DNA of 63,500 nt, the filler included, from Folioceros fuciformis (lineage: Eukaryota): NCBI GenBank assembly GCA_049999805.1. It is 3 parts of 3 records of this genome, joined end to end, with 100 filler letters (N's around TTAATTAATTAA, not from the genome) between each part and the next. Parts side by side here need not be neighbours in the genome. Positions count along the whole stretch, not along the records: positions 17,864 to 32,036 come from JBNGIO010003127.1; positions 32,137 to 63,500 come from JBNGIO010003130.1; 1 more part is not named here. The stretch is one strand, 5' to 3'. Shown here in pieces: positions 24,305 to 34,665 of the stretch (positions are counted from its first letter, which is position 1; every line of letters starts with the position of its first letter). The translations under genes were made by a program, and so were the position numbers. Below the pieces are notes generated by a model. It did not search any database, was not told the DNA's origin, and was given only the letters and a program-made list of their open reading frames with translations.

Positions 24305-27300
24305 ATGCGTGGGTGTGTCGTCGGGCGCAGCAAAGCATAAGGGTTCCTGAGGAACCTAGGAAGAGCTAGGGGCGGACACTAGTAGAGCGCTGGTAGGTGC
24401 GAGTGTGTATGAGTTATGTGCCCTCGAGTCCTGGGAGGGGTAGTGAGTAGATGGGAAAGGGGGAGTCGTGTGAGAGGAGTAGTCGCGAGTAAGAGAGAGA
24501 GAGGATCGAGGTGTGTCACCTCCGTCAGGAGGCATAAGCCGGAAAAATAAGTCGTTGGGTAAATTAGAGAGAGAGAGAGTGGGTAGAGAGAGATAAGAGA
24601 GAGAAAGAGAGAGAGTGGGACCCACCAAGGTAGCCAGTTGGGTGACCCTGGTGGAAGGGCAACGGAAGTGGCTGTGCTTAGCGGTAGTCGCGGGGGCGAC
24701 GGGGTAGCCGAGGGACGGTAGCTGGGGTGGCTCGCTACCCGATAGTCGAGTAGACTGTCAGTTAGTCTAGGGCTGAGGTAGTTGAGGGGTAACGGTGGTA
24801 GCCGAACCAAGAGGGGGCCAAGGAACCGATAGGCGAGTGGTGGACGAAGAAGCCTGGCCTTGGGTAGTAACTGACTTTGTTAGAAAAACCCATGTTATTT
24901 AACACAACTCATTCCCTTGGGATCGAATCCCAGGTGCTATAACGATATAGAGGGTTTGCGTGGACCTCGTTGCACCTCCGGGTGCAATATTTTCCCCCAC
25001 AGCTCACAGTGTCACATTTAAGGGATTGCAGGTTCCTGCTTCCATAGCTACCTCTTCCTCAGCGTCTTCTCCTCTGGACCCTAATGATTTTGATGATTTC
25101 CCCTCTGAATATCCTCAAGATGCTGCATATGAACCCCCTCCTACTCTTCACTTTGATCAACCAGCTGGCGGTTCAGGGGTGGAAATGCAGCTCAATCACC
25201 AAGATCAGTGGCAACAAATACATATTTGCCTGCACAACTTGTCCCTGTGCCTCCACAAGCAACACAATAGTTATCTACAGCACCTGGACAGTCTACACTA
25301 GAGGAGGACAAGGACCAGGATGATGATCCTGCAATTTCTATACCTGATGTTGATGTGGCGGACTTTCCAATAGCTGAGGAACATGAGCACGAGGATAGCA
25401 CACATGCAGACACACTGTCTATACCATTTGAAACTGAAGACACTACCATGCACTTGACGAGCCAGAAACTGTTAAGCAACTAGCTGTTGAATTTGAACCT
25501 ATTGTTGAAGAGCGCAAGTACCCCAGCAGATCTCGTCCAAGGGAAAATTGGAACACAAGACCTGATGAACCTGAGGACTTCAAGATTCCTCTATCTGCTC
25601 GACTTTGTGAAGCTCTCTCCACCAGCACCATCCACCCAGCAGAACCTCGCACATATCAGGAGGCAATAATTGGTTAGGATAAACATCATTGGATTCCTTC
25701 AATTCAAGATGAATATAACTAAGTGACTAAGAATGGAATTTCGGAGCTCTGTCCTTTACCTGCTGGGAGGAGGACGGTTAGCTGCAAGTGGGTATTTAAA
25801 CACAAGCTGAATGCTCAAGGAGAAATAGCACGATACAAGTCACGTTTGGTTGCTTGGGGTTTCTCCCAAGTTGCAGGTGTAGACTTCAACGAGACGTTGA
25901 GCCTTGTTGTCAAGACACAGTCAATCAAAGTGATGTTAGCTCTAGTACCTGCCTGAGATTGGGATCTTGAACAAATGGATGTTTCAACTGCCTTCTTGTA
26001 CGGAGAGCTTGAAGAAGACATATACATGGATCAGCCTGAGGGTTTCGTGGATCCTGAACGTCTAGATTGGGTTTGCAGGCTCAAGAAAACTCTATACGGC
26101 TTGAAGCAAAGTGCTCGTGAATGGTACAAGTGTATAGACAAGTACCTCAAGTTGATAGGCTTCATCCAAAATCCAGCTGATGCCAACGTATACATATATT
26201 CCAAGGGAGGTTACTTGGTCATCCTAGCACTTTACATTGATGATGCTATACGAGCATCCAACAACAGAAAGCTGCTGGATTGGGTGAAGGTATGTTGCAC
26301 AAGCAGTACGACATGAAAGACATTGGACAACTTACCTTTATCCTTGGCGTTCAGCTGCTGAGAGATAGACCCAAGAGAACACTTGTCCTGCACCATACCA
26401 AGGACATTGAGGAAACTCTTCGACATTTCAACCTGCAGGATGCTAAGCCTATAAGCACACCAGGAAGTGTTGGGGTTAAACTCTCTACTCAATAGAGTCC
26501 ACAAGACGACTATGAACGTGTAGCTATGAGGCAGATTCCTTACCGGCACATTGTGGATTGTCTCAACTACATTAGCTGCTGGACAAGGCCGGACATCGAG
26601 CACTCCGTTAGTGCAGTTTCTCAATACCTTGAGAATCTAGGCCCTGAACACTGGATGGCAGTTAAAAGAACCCTCCGATACCTTAAAGGCGCATCTACCT
26701 TTGGACTATGCTTCCAGGGCACTAACAATGCCATCACTCTTGAGGGATACGCAAATGCTGACTAGGCTACAGACCTAGATCAATGCAAGAGCATCTCTGC
26801 GTATTGCTTCATGCTATCTGGTGCAGCTGTTAACTGGAGTTCGAAGAAATAAGCATCCATAGCCCTTTCATCCATGGAGGTCGAATTTAAAGCTTTTACG
26901 GACTCAGCCAAGGAGGCTGAATGGGAGCGCACTTTTCCAGCTGGCTTGGGTTTTCCGCAGTCAATTCCTACAACCATCTTCTGTGACAACATGTCTACTA
27001 TCGCTTTGGTTGGGAATCCTCGTTTTCATGAGCACACCAAACACATAGAAATTCACCATCACTATGTCAGACATTCCGTGGAGCAGAAGGTGATCAAAAT
27101 CCAGCACATATCAACGGAGCTGAATACAAATGACGTGCTTATTGTTAGAGTAGGTTAAATACATTAACTTACTTACAGGTTTAGGGCTAGACAGTTGGAA
27201 ACCCTAACCATCGCCATGTCTTGGTGACGTGACCGAGAACGCTGAACAACAACTTTTCTTTTTCTCACGCCGTGACACCTGTCTGATCTGTCTCATGGTA

Positions 27301-27552
27301 TCAGAGCACGAGTGATCCGCGATGTGCGCCATCTTTTCTGGTGCACGATTATGTTAATTTTAGGCGTCGCCAATCAGGCTAGCGACGCCACCACGATCCC
27401 TGGCTTTAATACCTTCTACCTATTTTAATCGGTCTATTTTCTAAACTTTTTGCACGTGATTTCTTTGTTGCAAAGAGCAGATCTGTAGGCACAGATGCAC
27501 GAAGGCGCCTTGCCTGCAGCATGCATATACACGAGGCTGTTAGATTCTTCAG

Positions 27553-27792
27553 ATGCCAAACTTTAGAAAACAACAGCGATTAGCGAGAAGGGCACAACGT
27601 CATCACATGCTCACGGAGTGGCTAGCAGCTAGGGACAGAGCTTATAGGCTTACCTTGGGAGACACGTGGTGGCAACAAATTTGGGTGCGTATCTGCAACA
27701 TCTTGGAACTAATGGCTACCAACATTCTGCAAGGCTACCCCAGCCTTGACGGTTATGACTGGAACCATCTCAATGTTACAGACCTCCTCTGA
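27553..27792 (+). CDS. Arg-rich upstream ORF of element C (79 aa), between PBS and gag
   Basis: Open ATG-to-TGA frame MPNFRKQQRLARRAQR...; positional equivalents exist in elements A, B and D. Confidence 0.45.
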   Translation: MPNFRKQQRLARRAQRHHMLTEWLAARDRAYRLTLGDTWWQQIWVRICNILELMATNILQGYPSLDGYDWNHLNVTDLL

Positions 27793-28558
27793 CAAGTTGC
27801 TGCCCCCAAGAATTGCTTATCCTCTGTCTTGCTTCAAATCTATGTATGCGCCTCTGCATCGCAACAAATGTTCCACTTGAACACAATAGAATCAGATACC
27901 TTGACGGCATAATGCTATAAGTTGCATCATATTCAGTCATGGCCCAGCAGCAAATGAACAACCCATCTTTGCACTTTAATTCAACCATACCTAAAGAGGA
28001 CAAATTCGATTGTACTAATTTCCATGTTTGGAAATTTTGCATGATTGAATTGTTTAAGTCCAGAAAGCTCTAGGCTCATGTCCATGGCACAGGGAGTCCA
28101 CTAGTCCCTACTCCAAAGCCACCTGCATCAGAACTAGATGATGTGGCAAAATGGGAAGAAAATGATGAGTTGGCCAGAACGATGCTTCATTTCAGCGTCA
28201 AGAGTACACACATCAATGTATTCCAAGGCACATAAGAACTTGCATCAGATTGGTGGAAACAAGTGCTAATGGTCTATGACTCTAGAGATCTGATGCTGCA
28301 AACTTACGTGCTTCGCCAATTCACTGGCCTCAAGATGTCTGATGGAGAGCCAATTGATAAACATGTGCTAGAATTTCAAAACTGAAGGGGTAAGATGCTC
28401 TCCGCTGGTTTTGACTTGGAGGAAGATATCATGGCCGTCTTCTTTCTAACCACGCTTCCTGAATCATGGTCAAGTGTGGTACACGCCCTCCAAGATGTTC
28501 CTATACTCACATTGAACAGAGTTATTGCTGCCATGCTTAGTGATGAGTCTAGGAGAAG

Positions 28559-30583
28559 ATTTATTTTATTTTTTCCGCGAAGAAAACATCTGATTATTCG
28601 CAGTTTAGGCTACACCAACGGCATATCAATTGCGTCCACAATTGAATACCTTAGCCTGGACTCAAAATCTAAGCTGTAGAAGCGAGCAAAGCTGAACTGC
28701 CCTATGATCAAGAGCCACCCACCCCTTATGAGACTTATCTGCCCCACGGGTAGGAGTACTCCCATTGGTCATTGACCCGTAGGAAGCCTGCAAGTATCCA
28801 CTCTCTCCGCCTAAACTTAGAGTGAGTGGACGTTTGAATACTTTCCGTGACCACAAGTACCTGCTCCCAGATGCGCCATAGCAAAGCTTTCCTAGCGACC
28901 GGCTCACTCCCACCATATACCATTGCTGTCCAGTTTTGCCACAAGGAAAACAGTGATAGGGACCAAACCACTCCCCACCATTGGAATTTGAGAAGTGGCC
29001 CCCCTACCTATCTGTCCAGCCCAAATAAGGCATCTTGCTCAGTAACCAAGCTGGCTCTCTCTAGGAGAAGTCTCTGTAGCCACCTACCGACTTCGTTCCC
29101 AATACCCTGCGCATACTCGCAATGAAAGAAAATATGTTGGCTTTTATGCGGAGCGCCAACGTTGCATAGCCTGCAGCATTCCTCCCCCGTGGCCACCAAT
29201 AGCCCGTCCCATCGGTCTGCGTTAGGCAAGCAAGCTTGGAAAAAACACCAGATGGTAACCCTCACCTTAGGGGGGATCCCTAGGGTCGACCACAAGAGTT
29301 TGATAGTTGCCTTTTGCCGACGCTGGGAGAGCTGCAACCTAGGAGCCAGTCGACTTCGCCGAGGACCTTTTTGCGCTCGCACCAATCGGAGGTACACGGT
29401 TGCCGACGAAAAATTGAAGAGTGACTTCAAAGTGGCTTGCTTAATTCCTGCACTCCCAGGCCACATATATAGGTCGGAGCGTATCACTAACTCCCAATTC
29501 TCCTTCAAGCGAAACCAACATCTTACAGGACGCTGTTGCATGACCTGTTTCCGGTTGCCTTGCTCTTCCTGGGTAAGCCAAAAACTGGATCGTCTAGCCC
29601 TGTACAATATGGTAATCCCTCTGAGGGTGACTCCACCCATCGCGCCTTCAGCTCTACCTTTTTCCTCTAGCAGCCCTTCTGTGTTCAGCATCCTATAAGA
29701 TAGGGTTCCTTCCTCATCTATCCTTGATGTCACTAGCACCGCTCTGTCAAAATCTGGGAGGGGCTCGTCCTGCTCCTGGTCGGAGCCACCTGCTCTATTG
29801 TCCATGGGGTAAGCTCCCCACATATTGATGCCAACCTGAGCTTCCTATAGCAGTGCTAGCTTCACATCCTCGGCCATCCCTTCCTGGAGCCAAGCAAGCA
29901 TAAGTCTCACGTGTCGAATAGGGATCCCAAACTCTTCCCGCGTCTCCTCCGCTGATTTCCAACCAGCCTCTCTATAGTTCCACAGGTGTCCGAGCTGCAC
30001 AATGCCGCTTCTACTAGTGGAACCAAAGATTTGAGACCGGTTCACTCGGGAAAGGAAATTCTGAGACCACAGCCCCTTAAAACCTTGGAGAGGGAGCCCC
30101 AGCACATCGTCCCTATTCCTAGGCTTGGCATAGATAAGAAAGGTTTTCACCTCCAGGAAACTGCGCCAGATTGAAGCAAAAAGAGGGGAGCAGTTCCTGG
30201 TATCTAACAGGGGCCTATTCTCCAGGAGGTTGTCCATAGACCTCCGCCCCCGGGCGACCGCTTGAGAAAGCTGCAAGTGTTGGGTTAACCAGCTTTTCCA
30301 AGGGTATCCTGTTGGTCCAGCTGCCTTCAGCACCCATTGCGCATGTAGTCCAGGAGAAGAATTGCAAGCACATCTATTTCTAGCAGCCGTACAGACCAAG
30401 CGTTGTACATGAATTGACCTATAAGAGGTCGAGGGCAAGGCCATCCTTTTGTCAGAGGACGAGGAGGACGTGGAGGTCGAGGAGCATTCCGACCCCAACA
30501 GTTTGGTAGCACCAGGCCAAAGCCTCCATGCGGGTTCTATGGCTTGCAAAACCATACATAGGAAGTATGTCGAAAACCACTGT
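28559..30583 (-). mobile_element. 5'-truncated L1-type LINE (3' part of ORF2) inserted in the gag of element C
   Basis: T-rich tail on the + strand at 28560-28574. zf-RVT-like motif LW...IPPKVRVTIW...CRLC...HIFFHC in ORF 29008-29823. Probable TSD TAGGAGAA at 28550-28557 and 30584-30591. Confidence 0.85.
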
Positions 30584-32036
30584 TAGGAGAAAGTGGCCCA
30601 TCTTTTGGCCAATTAGCTGTTACGATGAACAAATACAGCAGAGCATTCCTTACCCAAGTTGTGAAGACTCCACAAGCGTTTTCTGATGACACTAAATTAC
30701 AGTACTCTTGTAATGTGGTCTCATGCTATGCCAACCAGCCAACACATGCTTGGTACATCGACAATGGTGCCTCACAACACATGACTCCTCACTTGGCCTA
30801 CTTTACAGAAATGAGGAGCTCCACACCAGCAGAGTACATGTGCTTAGGAGACGATACCAAGCACCACATTGAAGGTCAAGGGACCATTAGACTTGACCTT
30901 ATGCCATCTCATCACATGGAGATACTTGATGTGTTATATGTCCCGGGACTTACTAAGAATCTGGTCTCGGTGAGGAAAATCGATGAGTATGGATGCTATA
31001 TATGCTTTGGCGGAGGCAAATGTGTTGTAGAGTCGAGTGTAGGGACTCTACTTGCCACTAGACATCTGCAAAATGACGATCTGTATCACCTCGATCTGCA
31101 AATAGCAAAGGCCAATGTCGTTCAGTCATCATCCAAGTTTGCATAGCCATCTCAAACATATTTATGGCACCTCCGCCTTGGCCATACTAAGTATCGGAAG
31201 CTAGTCCATATGTACAAACACAACATGGTGGACGGGCTCACCTTAGATAAGCTTGATGAGTTGGAGTATGCAAGTCGTGTGTGCTTGGTAAACATAAACG
31301 AACTCCCTTTCCTACAGATGTCTCTACCAGGGCCACAGAGGCACTTGGATTAGTCCACAGCAATATGTGTGGGCCTATGCCCAAATCTCTTGGCGGGAAG
31401 GAATATTTTCTTACCTTTATTGACGACTCCACTCAATTTTGTGTAGTCTATGTCCTCCGCCACAAGTTTGACATGTATTCATGCTTCCTAGAGTATAAAG
31501 CTTGGGCTGAATTACAAACTGGTTCCAAACTCAAGATGCTTCGCACCGACAATGGTGGTGAGTTTCTCTCTGGAGAGTTCAATGCCTTCTGTACACAACA
31601 AGGCATTGTCAGACAGCTTACAAATGCATACACACCCCAACAAAATGGGGTAGCTAAACACAAAAATGCTGACCAGGAGACGTAAGCTTCGAGCATGCTT
31701 CAAAATGCAACCCTGCCAAGAACCTATTGGGCAAAGGCTGTGGCCTATGTCACTTATATTCAGAACCGCATTGCTCATAGTAGTGTTCCAGAGAAAACTC
31801 CATACAAGCTCTAGACGTGAAGGAGACCAAGTGTAGCTCATATGCGAGCTTTCGGCTCCATAGTGTACGTTTGTAAGAAGTTCGAACCTAAGTCGAATGA
31901 ATGCATTTTTGTGGGCTTCACCGAAGGCATTAAGGGCTACAAGCTGCTGAATCGACAAACACAGAAGACGACACACTCAAGAGACATGATGTTCGTCGAA
32001 GGAGTTGAGCCAAACCTCACAGTGGGAGACGTAGCC

Positions 32037-32136
32037 NNNNNNNNNNNNNNNNNNNNNNNNNNNNNNNNNNNNNNNNNNNNTTAATTAATTAANNNNNNNN
32101 NNNNNNNNNNNNNNNNNNNNNNNNNNNNNNNNNNNN
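32037..32136. other. Assembly gap (100 bp) with artificial TTAATTAATTAA linker
   Basis: N44-TTAATTAATTAA-N44. Confidence 0.97.
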
Positions 32137-33945
32137 AGTCTACTTTGTTCTTCCTGGAAGAGGGCCCCTATCACCTCGTCTAAGGTGATAGTTACTTGTC
32201 TCCCAGCAGCACCAGCAGCCATAGCCTGTCTGAGGGGAACATTGTGTGCAGATACGAAATTCTGGTAACTGGGTGGCAGGCTAGTGAGCAATTGAGCTAT
32301 CACATCCACCTCATCCATAACAGTACCAAGAGAAGCAAGTTGGGCTCGAAGGTGTCTAAGTTTGCTGGTATGAGCAAGAACTTTGTCCCCTTCTCGCATT
32401 TTCAGTCCATAAAACTCCATGCGTAAGGCACAAAGAGTAAGGACATTATTAACCTTATATTGTTTTTCCAATTGTGACCAGATCTCACTGGCCTTGGTAA
32501 GAAATTCAATTTGAGGAATAAGATCTTCAGTCAAGCCAGAGGGCAATAGCTATGCTGTTAGCATGGGCCCATTTATCCTTGTCTCCTTGAAGAGCAGTGG
32601 AAGATGGTTCAGGAAGAGAACCATCCACAATGCTCCAAACTCCTCTAGCCAGCAGCGTGGATTTCATCCGCACTCTCCACACCTCGTATTTGTGACCAGT
32701 AAACCTGTCCTTTTCTTTTAATTCAGATGTAAAGATAGGGGTATATGATGCAGAAGATGATGGTGGTGGATTGACTGTAGCCATGGTTGTAGGTTGGCCT
32801 ACGTTCCAGATAGTTTGGATGAAATCCACCGATTCGTTGATCCTGAGGTTAGAGAGTGATTCGGCTAAATCATCTAGCCAGTCGTCCATACATGGTTGAC
32901 TAACGAAATGATTTATTTATGCAGGGATAAAGGAAAGGGCACTAATAAAGGTCATAAAAAAAAAAAAGGCATGCTCACGGCGAAACGACAGCCTGAATAG
33001 GTATTTTCCATAAAAACCCTAAATTAAAATGCCCTTTCGCATAAACACCGGTTCACGCGAGAAACCCTAACGGTTTACTTCCGATTTTTCAGGAATGGGC
33101 AGCAGGGTGGGGAGGAACAATTCCATTGCTGGCTGTGCCATGAAAAATGGCACCCACTGTGAGTCCAGAATGATTGAGGCGCTGAAATTCTTGAACAAGA
33201 AGATGCAAGCGCCCACTAATTTGCGAAATTTTGGCAAAGATTTGATCAATCCTAGTAAGGATTCTCCGAGTCTGAAGTTTATCATCAACACCTTGCATAT
33301 GAATTACATAGGCCAGTTGGTCACATAAATTTCCAATGTGTCGGTCTAAGAAATCACGGTCAGACTCTATACCAATGCCAAAATTATGAAAATTCAGATC
33401 AGCAGTAGTCTGCCGTGATTCAAATACACTAGATTGATTTGCTTCCCTTGTCTGTAAAGGTCTAGGACGACCACGCCTACGGGAAGGCATTCTAATGTAG
33501 ATCACAAGCAAGACAATACTTCATCTGTTAAAGATAAAAGATCTGATGCATGATCAGTAAATTAATTTTTCGTTTCGTTGTATAGAAACTTCATTTCTTC
33601 TTCCTGCTTGGCAGCGGAAGCACTAAAAAAAAAAAAAAAAACCGACATCAATCCATAATTTAGAGGCTAGGATTGATTACAATCAGAATCAACCGAGAGA
33701 TCAGTATAAGTGGCTTGGCCATAAGAATTAATAGCCATAGCCATTTTTTTATTTTATAGCTCTGATACCATGTTAAAAATGGAAGAGCAGGAAAAAGAGA
33801 ATAAAGTTAAAATATGATAATTAAAAATGAGGCTCAAAAGTGTTTTAAATACAATAAGTGATGGCATTTCACTAAACGGTATCCCCTATAATAAACTAGG
33901 TTAAATAATAGCGAGTTAATGTTTATTCAGCCATTATTCCCAACA
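32137..33945 (-). mobile_element. 5' part of Ty1/copia element D (LTR, PBS, upstream ORF, gag), cut by the gap
   Basis: Minus-strand LTR TGTTGGGAAT...TTTTAACA at 33945-33771; PBS at 33770-33759. gag at 32889-32137 (KEKDRFTGHKYEVWRVRMK...LLTSLPPSY...GALFQEE) with one frameshift near 32535. Confidence 0.9.
33089..33490 (-). CDS. Arg-rich upstream ORF of element D (133 aa), between PBS and gag
   Basis: Intact frame MPSRRRGRPRPLQ..., with an amphipathic or coiled-coil-like C-terminal half (ILTRIDQIFAKISQISGRLHLLVQEFQRL). Confidence 0.55.
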   Translation of the reverse strand: MPSRRRGRPRPLQTREANQSSVFESRQTTADLNFHNFGIGIESDRDFLDRHIGNLCDQLAYVIHMQGVDDKLQTRRILTRIDQIFAKISQISGRLHLLVQEFQRLNHSGLTVGAIFHGTASNGIVPPHPAAHS

Positions 33946-34665
33946 AAAATGGCTCTATTAAGCTGGCTGGTGGAGCTGATGTCGCTGCTGCCCTCACTGT
34001 TGAGGACATCATTGACGCACTCTATCAGGAGGAACACACCCGTACCCTTTCCGATGCTACTCCTAAGAACAAAGCCGAGAGAGTGTTAGTTGTAAATTCT
34101 CGCCTTTTTAAAGGCAAGGCAAAATTCAAGGGAGAAAATACCTACCTAGAGGTTCTGGTCAGCGAATTGATTCCGCCAGCTCCTTTATTAAAAGACCAGG
34201 TTCGTGCAATTGGTGCGGCACCCTTGGCCATTGGGCAAGAGAATGCCGTAAAAAGAAGGCAGGTGAGCCACAACGACAATCGAGAGCAACCGCTGCAACA
34301 GTCAAGGAGAAAAATTCTGAAGAATCAAAGGCGCTAGTAAAGATCCTCACTGCCTGCCTTTCCAGTTCGACTAATGACTACAGCAGCTGGTACCTGGATT
34401 CCAGTGCCATGACCCACATCTAAAGGACATGGAGTTGGTTACTACCCTTAAGCTTGGTCATGGCCATGACAACGTGTTGCTCGGAGATGAACAAAGCACA
34501 ACCAGCTTGCGCATAGAAGGTAGAGGTATTTGCGTCCTTAGGCTGCATGATTGTACGGATCTTAAATTAGATGATATGCTGTATGTACCAGAAATGACTA
34601 AAAATTTCATGTCCATGAGTCAGCTACTATGTTTACGTACCTTTTGTATGCGTGTTGATTCTAAT
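33946..34665 (+). mobile_element. Ty1/copia element E fragment (gag C-terminus and protease); apparent host of element D
   Basis: LTVEDIIDALYQEE; zinc knuckle CNWCGTLGHWAREC at ~34205-34246; WYLDSSA and DMLYVPEMTKNF. Confidence 0.85.

Larger units (their letters stand above)
20198..25001 (+). mobile_element. 4,804-bp TG...CA insert with 5-bp TSD and no internal direct repeat (solo-LTR-like), carrying decayed ORFs
   Basis: Starts TGTAGAGGAAAA and ends TTTTCCCCCACA (10/12 inverted match). Flanked by GCTCA at 20193-20197 and 25002-25006. Removing it restores the integrase reading YDPHFRSSIFAHSVTF. Confidence 0.9.
18580..27142 (+). mobile_element. Ty1/copia element B: internally deleted (no gag or protease), host of two nested insertions, 3' end not seen
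   Basis: LTR TGTTAAA...TTTGACA at 18580-18774; PBS TGGTATCAGAGC at 18775-18786. Integrase (LWHACLGH, LIHADISG, QQNGVAER) at 19350-20197, resuming at 25007. RT (CKWVFK, YGLKQS, YIDD) at ~25700-26700. RNase H (TKHIEIHHHYVR) is cut at its ADVLTK-like motif by element C. Confidence 0.9.
27143..32036 (+). mobile_element. Ty1/copia element C nested in the RNase H of element B; runs into the gap
   Basis: LTR TGTTAGAG...TCTCA at 27143-27295; PBS TGGTATCAGAGC at 27296-27307. gag from ATG 27939 (KEDKFDCTNFHVWKF); protease WYIDNGASQHM at ~30750; integrase LRTDNGGEF and PQQNGVA at ~31540-31655. Confidence 0.92.
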
